A stretch of 64,000 bases of DNA from Entomortierella parvispora E1425 (taxonomy: Eukaryota > Fungi > Mortierellomycota). The stretch is taken from assembly GCA_020891255.1 (NCBI GenBank), contig BQFW01000004.1:1-64000 (forward strand), written 5' to 3'. The position numbers and the translations under genes are program-made. A model generated the notes under the pieces. That model did no database searches. It was not told where the DNA came from and was given only the letters and a program-made list of their open reading frames with translations. Shown piece by piece: positions 1 through 7,961 of the stretch; the stretch's first letter is position 1, and the number at the start of each line of letters is the position of its first letter.

Positions 1-7
1 GGTGGCC

Positions 8-31
8 ACTTGGTTTCGGTTGCGTGTTGCT
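8..31 (+). other. Probable residual Oxford Nanopore ligation-adapter sequence (technical artefact at the contig end)
   Basis: ACTTGGTTTCGGTTGCGTGTTGCT aligns to the adapter tail ACTTCGTTCAGTTACGTATTGCT at 19 of 23 positions with one inserted base. It lies just outside the telomeric array, where an adapter is expected. Confidence 0.75.
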
Positions 32-34
32 CCA

Positions 35-90
35 AAAGGCCACAAAGGCCACAAAGGCAAAGGCCACAAAGGCCGCAAGCCAAAACCAAA
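35..90 (+). repeat. Degenerate AAAGGCCAC-like 9-mer units grading into the telomeric array; possibly mis-basecalled telomere
   Basis: About 4 imperfect copies of AAAGGCCAC, then AAGCCAAAACCAAAAAA, which merges into CCCTAAAAAA. Confidence 0.6.
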
Positions 91-200
91 AAACCCTAAA
101 AAACCCTAAAAAACCCTAAAAAACCCTAAAAAAACCCTAAAAAACCCTAAAAAACCCTAAAAAACCCTAAAAAACCCTAAAAACCCTAAAAAACCCTAAA
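91..200 (+). repeat. Telomeric repeat array (CCCTAAAAAA)n, i.e. TTTTTTAGGG on the opposite strand
   Basis: 11 CCCT cores at 94, 104, 114, 124, 135, 145, 155, 165, 175, 184 and 194. Spacers are A6 except one A7 and one A5. The C-rich strand at the 5' end of the window is the orientation of a left chromosome end. Confidence 0.92.
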
Positions 201-1514
201 CCCTTAATTTTAGGGTTTATAAGCCCTAAACTCGCGTATTTATACAGTTTAACGATGTCCTGGAGTGTCTGTGCATCGTTTGCTCTATTCAGACTGACCG
301 TACGATGCGTTTTCTGTTATTTCCTAAAAAGGAAATGTGTAGATGTTTGGTGGCTTAGATTTTCTGGACTATTAGGTGTTCCTTTTGTTTACTTTTGCTC
401 CCGGGTTCGAATTCGGCTTCGGCCTCGCTTTTCTGAAGATAAAAAAACAAGGTGTTTTTTTCCTTCGTAGAGATATGAGATACGGTGCATTAGAGAGCTC
501 TCCTCATAAGTATTCTATCAAGCCAACAAAATCGTCAATCCATAAGGTAGATCTTGGGCAATTGCATTTTTTATTCTCTTTTTTTGTGAAAATCGAACGC
601 TTATTCCTTGATATCTACGTTGACGACCAACGTGATTTTCATATGGGGAGGTGCCTATTAATCAAAGGACTGTATTCATGAAGAAAAATTGGCGATTGAC
701 AAGGTGGTTGATGCGTAACTGCTGTTCTTAGATTTCTTTTTTTTTTGGAAAAAAAAATTCTCTCCTAAGTTGGAGGAGTGAAGTGGTGACAGGAGCCGAG
801 AGCTACATAGCCACTTACGACACTTTGTAGCTGAATTCCACGAAGTACGAGAAGGAAAAAGAGCAAAGTCTGCAGTTTTGGGTGATAGAACGACTGTTGG
901 GCCCTTGAAAGGACAATCCACTGGCAACAGGAGACCGAGTGTGAATCGTACACATGCTTGCTCTGTCTTGACTTCAGCGAGGAACTTGCAGCTCTCTCAA
1001 ACAGTTTTTACTCTCCTCATCGTGCATGTAGACAAGAACATCAGCTCGTGCAGTTGTCACGTAGTTTTTTTTATTAAAAGTTGTACACGCTAGACAAAAG
1101 TAGGAACAAGAGGGCAGAGACGAGGGCGTAAAACACATGAGACTGCGGTGACTTTGCCCTGGAATCGTCTCGTTCCTCGCTACTGCATGCTCTGCCTGAG
1201 GGCCAGAGAAATCTAGCAGTTGATGGTAGAGAGCACTTACCTGAGAAGTGCTCGCCCCTGAATTAAGGACTTCATGTTTCCTGCATGCCTCCCGTTTGTC
1301 GCATGTCCACTCTGGTTCATGGCTAGATTGAATGAGCTTTCTCAGTATGATTCGATGTAAAAGAACTTATGGTTGACGACAAAGGGAAGGAGTACCGACC
1401 AACGCGTGAGAAAGGAAGGAGAAAGCGAGAGGAAACGCCCAAGCTTGCGACAACACGAAGAGAAGAGAGGAGAAAAGAGCGAAAACAAAGACAGGGGCAC
1501 AAAAGACCCGATGA

Positions 1515-2260
1515 TGTTTAATGCAAGAGTCGAGTTGGATGCATTGGGTCGGATGAGACGGCAGCTGCAAAAGGTGAAAGATGTGAGTTCGAATCATGAG
1601 AGGAGAAGGACGCACGAGATGAGATGCAACAGAGAAGAGAGATGCAGCAGAGAAAGAGATGCAGCAGAGAAGAGAGATGCAGCAGAGAAGAGAGATGCAA
1701 CAGAGACAGAGAAGATAGATGCAACAGAGAAGATAGATGCAACAGAGAAAAGAGATACAAAAAGGAAAAGGGATACAGGAGACGAGAGATGCAACAGAGA
1801 GGAGAGAAACAAAAAGGAAAAGGGATGCAGGAGACGAGAGATGCAACAGAGAAGAGAGATGCAACAGAGAGGAGAGAAACAAAAAGGAAAAGGGATGCAG
1901 GAGATGAGAGATGCAAAAGAGGACGAGAGATGCAAAAGAGGCGAAAGATCCAAAAAAGAAGACGGATGCTAGACACGGGAGGACAGGGTAAGGATGCAAG
2001 AGTCGAGGAGAAAGGAAGGATGCGGGAATCGAGACGAGAGACATGAGAGGAAAGGAATGCAAAAAAAGAGACGAGAGAGAGAGGGATGCAGGAGACAAGA
2101 GTGAGGGATGCAAGAACTGTGGAATGCAGGAGACGAGAAGGTCAAACGATGCAAGAGACAAGATGAATGCAAGAGACAATATGAATGCAAGGGAAGAGAG
2201 GGATGCAAGGGACGAGAGGGAGAGGACGAGATGAATGCAAGAGACGAGAGGGATGCAAGG
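1515..2260. repeat. Subtelomeric degenerate minisatellite built on RATGCA within AG-rich ~18-bp units
   Basis: About 27 RATGCA cores, e.g. AGAGAAGAGAGATGCAAC. A higher-order unit AAAAAGGAAAAGGGATRCAGGAGAYGAGAGATGCAA occurs three times (about 1759, 1811, 1881). Confidence 0.85.
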
Positions 2261-2474
2261 AGGATGGGTTGAGATGGCAAGAGAAGGGAGGGAGACAGAA
2301 GGGGAAAAAGACACAGGTTCCATCCAACAAACAACAACCGCCCTTTTCTCCCTCCCCCCTCGGCCTTTTTTTTTTTGGACAAATGGAGGCTGCACGGGCC
2401 CCATCCAAAAGAACAATGGTCTTGGGAGGAAGAGGACAGGAGGAAAGAGAAGAGGAGGGACACGAGAGAGAAAA

Positions 2475-2581
2475 GAAGAGACGGACAAAAGGGAGAGAAG
2501 AGACGGACAAAAGGGAAGAGAAGAGACGGACAAAAGGGAAGAGAAGAGACGGACAAAAGGGAAGAGAAGAGACGGACAAAA
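2475..2581. repeat. Tandem ~23-bp repeat (GAGAAGAGACGGACAAAAGGGAA) x5
   Basis: Five consecutive GAAGAGACGGACAAAA cores; related sequence recurs near 3560-3600. Confidence 0.9.
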
Positions 2582-2754
2582 ACAACAAACAGCGGATCCG
2601 ACAACAGTTAGATCAGTCCATGCGGGGCCCTTTTTGTGGTCTTTTTTTTTTGTGCCAGTAGCGCTGTCATCCCAAGGGAAGGGTGGACGAGCACGAAAAT
2701 CACGTCGTGCGACCAAAAGTGCAAGAGTGAATACAAGAAATGATCAAGACTGAC

Positions 2755-3070
2755 GAACAAGAGAGACGAGAAGACGAAAGACGATCAAGAGGGAAGAGAA
2801 GAAAGGAAAGAAGGGAGAGAGAAGAAGAGAGGGACAGTTGACAAGTTCAAGAGAAAAGAAGACATCTGCAAAGGAAAATAAGAGGAAGAAAACGGACGGA
2901 AGAGAAGAGAAGAGAAAGAGGGGAAAGAGGAGAGGGACAAGGCGGAAGAAGAGACGAGCAAGAGAGAAGAGAGTGAGTTCCGAAAAGAGAGACGACCGAG
3001 AGAGAAGAGAAGAGATGATCATCATGAGGAGACAAATAAGAGGAGAGCAAAAAGGAGGGAAAAGGGGGCA
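2755..3070. repeat. Polypurine/polypyrimidine low-complexity tract
   Basis: The plus strand is almost entirely A/G over about 300 bp; a similar tract lies at about 3365-3470. Confidence 0.8.
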
Positions 3071-3089
3071 GGGTTCTTTTTTTTCTCGC

Positions 3090-3250
3090 CAGCAGCTGTA
3101 AACTGCTCCTCCAAAAATTACTCCTCCCTTGGATGGACATGTCCACTCTGATGCGGAGATAGATGCCACAGTCGGCAGCGCAATATCTTCCAGTTCTCTT
3201 CGTTGTCGCGCCGCAGGGAATGGACTGGATCGACGTGTCAGAACATGAGG
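3090..3250. pseudogene. Degenerate coding-like module, copy 1 (paralogous to 3640-3810)
   Basis: Shares CCTTGGATGGACATGT (16/16) and GGACTGGAT with copy 2. The plus frame reads LDGHVH...TVGSAISSSSLR...GLD. Preceded by a T-run and GCCAG. Confidence 0.45.
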
Positions 3251-3639
3251 ACATTTGTACCTTTTTTTTTTAAAAAAAAAGTTTCCTCTGCTGCTGGAGT
3301 TGAAGGGCATTTGTTTCCAACAAGTCAAGTTCGAGTTAGCACCCATCTGTCCGTCATGAGCGAATGCTAGAAATGGAAGAGATGAGAGAAATGGAAGAGA
3401 CGAGATGGCAAGCCTAAGAAGGTAAGAGACAAAGAGAGATGGAGGGAAGGGAGAGAAAAATAGACTAGTTCAAGGATGATCAGTCCCAACGGCAACGAAC
3501 AACAACGCACACTTCACTTCTCCCCCGGGATGATTGTCGAGAAGGAAGGGAAGGGAAGAGAAGATAGGGACAAGAGGGAGAGAAGAGACGGCCAAGAGAG
3601 TTCAGGAACGATCAAGTCGTTGACTTTTTTTTTGTGCCA

Positions 3640-3810
3640 GCGGATGCAAAGTACTTCTCCAAGACTGCTCCCTCTTTGGACCTTGGATGGACATGTTCAT
3701 CCCAATGTAGGCACGGAGCGAGAGTTGTCACGGTGGATGGTGCGATCTCTTCGTCCACGTCCCTTCGTTTTGTTGTGCTCTGGCGGAGAGGACTGGATTC
3801 AAGCGCGTTA
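3640..3810. pseudogene. Degenerate coding-like module, copy 2
   Basis: Plus strand reads LDGHVH, then after a frameshift relative to copy 1, TVDGAISSSTSLR...GLD. Preceded by TTTTTTTTTGTGCCAG. Confidence 0.45.
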
Positions 3811-4354
3811 AGACGCGTTTTTTTTTTTTTTTTTTTTTTTTGGATCCGGTTTCCTCAGAAGCCAGCGAAATATGGTTCCAACTCACAAGGACCACATACA
3901 ATTGTGTGGTGTAGGATGTACAGGCCTACTATTGAATCAAAGCGAACTAGGGGAAAGTGATCATTCGGCAGGTAAAAATAACAAGCTGGACCTGGCGAAG
4001 GAGAGCGGGACATATGTCATGTTGGTATTGCTGAGAGATAATTACAATCTTACAAAGAGTGGAATGCCAAGTTCGACTCAAGTTCCTGGTGGCTCGAGAA
4101 GGAACTGGGACATGCATCGCCGATATTGCGGCACAGATCATGGCAGCTTTTTCAAGGTCGATCTGTGATGACAACCTGCTCATTCTTATCCTCTCTGAAC
4201 TTTGCGGATTTCGCGCGTACTTGCAGGTGTTGCTTTTGACTGTCAGAACCAGCTCTGAGTTTGCAATCATGATACCTTTTGTTTATTCAACTGCTTCTTT
4301 TGGCAAAAAAAGGTTACATGATCACCGTCAATGAAGAAAAAGAAAAAAAAATGT

Positions 4355-6717
4355 CTAATCCAGCAAGTCAGCCTTTCCTTGCAGGATCTCAGCCGTGCTT
4401 CCTTCAAAGTCACTTCCATAAGGCTCGCGGCTTGTGCCCAAGTGATTAGCCAAGAATTTTTCGGTAATGGCAGCAAAAGAAATCTTGTTGGGAGGGCGTG
4501 CAAATCCATGTCCCTCATCAGAATACAAGACATACCCAACAGGGATGTTTCTGGAGACCATAGCATCAACAATCTGATCCGACTCTGCCTGCTTTACGCG
4601 AGGATCATTGGCTCCCTGACCAATGAGCAGCGGCTTTTTGATGTTCTCCACATATGTCAAAGGTGAGCATTCAGTGAGGAATTTCCTGCCTTCTTCGGTT
4701 TTGGGGTCTCCGCCAATCCTGAGGACCATATCGTGCATCATAGCGCTCCAGTAAGGAGGGATCGTGTCGATTAGAGTGACGAGGTTACTGGGACCAACAA
4801 GGTCAACACCGCAGCAGAAAACGTCAGGAGTGAATGCTAGTTTGATAGAACGAAATACAAGTTCAGGAGTCCAGTATCTTCAGCCGAATATCTTGCATTG
4901 GTAAACTGCTCTTACTTAGTCCCGCAAGAGTGGAGTAGCCACCGTAACTGCCACCATAGATCGCAACCTTCTCACGAATTGCAATTCCTTGGGCAATAGC
5001 CCACTCAACGCCATCTAAATAAAAAGAATAGTGAAATATATTGTGAGTAGCCATGACAAACCATTCGTACCTCCAAGTGATATGCAACGTTTTCTTACCA
5101 ATAAGATCGTTGTGCATGTCTTTGCTCCATTGTCCGTTGGCAATCTCCATAAAGTTTTTTCCAAAGCCAGTTGAGCCGCGGAAGTTCACACTCAACACAG
5201 CAGACCCACGGTTGCTGAACCACTGATGTTCGGCGTTGAATCCATAGCTGTCTCTCCACCAAGGTCCACCGTGGACGCGGAGAACAAGCGGAATAGGTTG
5301 ACTAGGACGATCACGGCGTTCAGAGTCCACGAGGTGCTCAGGGATGGTCAAGTACGAAACCAAGTCCTGGCCGTCCCGAGACTTGATGACGACTGGGTGC
5401 ATGGTACTGAGAGTGAATGGAAGGAGCTCGTCCCTGGAGTGGAACAAGAAGGTGGTAGATGTTGTTTCGCGGTCGTAAATGTGGTACTGGAGTCCAGATG
5501 AGTTGGACTGACTAATGATCCATTTGTTGTTGTCGAGAGACTGCGACTCAATGTCGATTTCGCCCACAAACTTCTCCTCGAGGAAATCGAAATCCTTCTT
5601 GTAGGCGGGATCCAGGACATGCCACTTGGTCATAGTGTACTCGGTGCTGAAGGCAATGGGGATACCAGTCTTAGGGTCCTTGAGAAGGTCCTTGATATCG
5701 GCCGTGTTGGGGGACTCGGCGAGGACCTTGGAGGAGATATGATCAGCGGAAGACAGATCCATCTCCACCAGAGCCTGTTCCCAGAAAAAAAAAAAAGAGT
5801 GGGTCGGTGTATGAGCTTATATTCGATATCATCTCAAGATGTCTGGTGCGGCGCTGTACCTTGTTGTCACGTCCTCTGCAATCAAGCAAGTACGCCTTGG
5901 TTCCATCGCTGCTGAGAGAATGGAAAGAGCTGCGAGCATCGGTGAAGGACCAGGCAACACAACGATCCCAGCTTCCAGTGGTCTTGTTCTTTCGTAAGAG
6001 AATCTTGCTGCCATCTGGCTGCTCCTGCCCAGTGAAGTGAGCCTGGAGATCACTGTAGGGAAAGACTATGAGTGATCTCGTTGTTTCCTTATAGCTACTC
6101 AGGAAACATGAACAGCTCAATGAACTTACCCTGCACAGTGCCAGTCATTGTACTTTGCATTGTTCTCCTCGATCATCTCCAGGTCGGCCGTGTCGAGAGT
6201 AACCTTGTGCAGATCAAACACGCTGACGTCGCGCTTGTTCATCATGATCAACATCTCATTGGGACGAGTGGAAGAAAACTTTGAGGGAAAAGATGTTGCG
6301 CCCTCAAATGGAGTGAGGTTGCGTTCCTTAGCGGTTTCGATGTTGACCAGGTACGTGTGCCAGTCTAAAAAAAAAGGAAGAAAAAAAAAAGGAGTGGAAA
6401 GGTTGAGTTGAGAACAACCCATCCAACGAAATGAAGATTGTGCCCAGAAAGGTGGACCTACTCTCGTCTCCATTCTTGTCCTGGCTATACACGATCTGGT
6501 TGTTGTAAGTCCACTGGTACATCCGAACTCCGCGCTTTGTGTCGTTCGTGATGCACTTTGCGTTCTTGGGATGGGCGACAGGAGCAACCCACACGTTAAG
6601 AACGTTGTCCTTTGGGGCGATGAAAGCAATGAGATTGCCGCCGGGAGAGACGCGGGGCTGCAGGCGAGTAGGGTTGCCAAAAATGGCCCTTCTTGGGATA
6701 AGAGTTGCAATAGTCAT
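4355..6717 (-). CDS. S9-family serine peptidase (acylaminoacyl/dipeptidyl peptidase-like; beta-propeller plus alpha/beta hydrolase), about 5 introns
   Basis: Start MTIATLIPRRAIFGNP (ATG at 6717). Motifs: VLRVHGGPW, NFRGSTGFGK, catalytic Ser in GGSYGGY, Asp in GANDPRV, His in DEGHGF. GT-AG introns join the ORF-track fragments in frame (e.g. GDE/NWHTY, DNK/ALVEMDL). Confidence 0.93.
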
Positions 6718-7200
6718 CTTTCGTGGAAGTCGAGGTTGGGTTGTTGAAGGAAAAAAAAAAAAAAAAAAGATGGGAACCATCAAACTTTTATACTCGAAAA
6801 ATAAAAAAAATACTTTGACCCTGCTGCCGTTTTGAGCCAATTGTACCATTGTACCGAGAGTGATCAAGAACTCTCACGAGAAGTGCATGACAGCTCAGTC
6901 GTGTAGGTCGATGCCATGTTTGGAGGCCTTGTCGATTTCTTGGCGCGCCACACGCCACATAACTGGCGCGGACGAAAGATGTTTACAAAAGTTACCTCTT
7001 CCGATTCTGCCGACTCTGCCAAGGAGGCTCTCAAACTCGATTTTTGAGGCGAGGGCGTGCGCGTGCTGTTTGTCAATTGCGTTCCCACGACATGTCCTTC
7101 CTGCACGTTACTGCTTCCGTTTCCTCGGCTACGTGTTCCTTTAATTGGTATACTAGAGAGAGGCTGAGCGCACTAAGGAGGGTTTGGTTGTACGCGGTCA

Positions 7201-7310
7201 CGACGAAGAAGACAATCTCCTCTTAGAAGCTCTTTGTCTGTAATGCTTCACAGAAGACCCTGGAACCTGTGTCCTACATCCAATCCCAAGATCCAGGCCG
7301 TGAAGGTGAG
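7201..7310 (-). pseudogene. Possible RNI-like leucine-rich-repeat remnant
   Basis: Reads WDWM*DTGSRVFCEALQTKSF*EEIVF, resembling NxIGDxGAxxLxEALxxNxxLEEL. It has two in-frame stops and GLDL in an adjacent frame just upstream. Confidence 0.25.
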
Positions 7311-7961
7311 CTATGAACTTGCGAAGATTGAATACAACAGCGATAAAGCAGATAGGCCATCAGAAGAGCGACCCATGTCTTTTGATATCTTGCGTCTAGG
7401 ACCATTCGCTCTAGTTTAAGATCACGCCTCGCATTCGTCGTGGTGGTCCTCAGCCCCATGAGCTTAGAGCACCATGCTAGGCGCCTCTGTCACCCCAACT
7501 CTGTTCTTGCGTCTCCTGTTCGTCCCCAGGAATAGCAATACACCACATCAGCCCGGTCATCAAGCTCACCGTAAACTTCATCCGCAGTAGCACTTTGCAG
7601 CTCAGCAACTTTGCGACCAAGGCTCCTCGTTATCGCGCCAGTTAAGAAATAAAAACATGGCCTGTGTGCCAGCGACTGACGCACTCAATAATGGCAGCCA
7701 AGAGAGGAAGGCCGATTGGTTCGCTGGAGCCACTCACTATTCATGATCCCCCCCCCCCTTTTTTTTTTTTTTTTTTTTTGCCTTTGTTAAATAGGGCGCA
7801 ACTGCGTGAATGTGCACCATCGTCCTAACTCAAGATGGAAGCCAATTGCCCGCAAATAGTTTACATTTGGGCCAGGTCATGTTCAAAGTTCTTTTTATTA
7901 CAGAATACAAATGGATGGACGCGTGGGTATGTATAGTGGAGAAGGGTATGACTGATAATTT

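Noticed and set aside
351-425. tRNA gene call from GGTTCGAAT
   Set aside because: The T-stem pairs poorly and there is no acceptor or anticodon stem. It is kept only as a B-box-like motif.
1231-1254. GAGCACTTACCTGAGAAGTGCTC: U1 snRNA-like 5' end (ACTTACCTG) within an 8-bp inverted repeat
   Set aside because: No U1 loop I, loop II or Sm site follows. It is better explained as a minus-strand CAG/GTAAGT donor-like sequence or a chance hairpin.
2475-2581. CRISPR-like array
   Set aside because: The repeats are directly tandem with no unique spacers, there are no cas genes, and the context is eukaryotic.
1367-3346. Long overlapping ORFs (449, 211, 200, 199 aa and others) in the subtelomere
   Set aside because: They are open in several frames on both strands because the AG/CT-only repeats lack stop codons. 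Their translations are low-complexity with no domain.
3872-4334. Short ORFs between the subtelomeric module and the S9 peptidase
   Set aside because: No recognisable motif, overlapping frames, and no consistent splice structure.
1373-6717. RiPP system hypothesis (repeat ORF as precursor plus S9 protease as macrocyclase)
   Set aside because: The repeat ORFs have no leader or signal peptide, no regular core/cleavage pattern and frequent frameshifts. The peptidase motifs look like the acylaminoacyl/dipeptidyl type rather than a POPB/OphP-type prolyl oligopeptidase.
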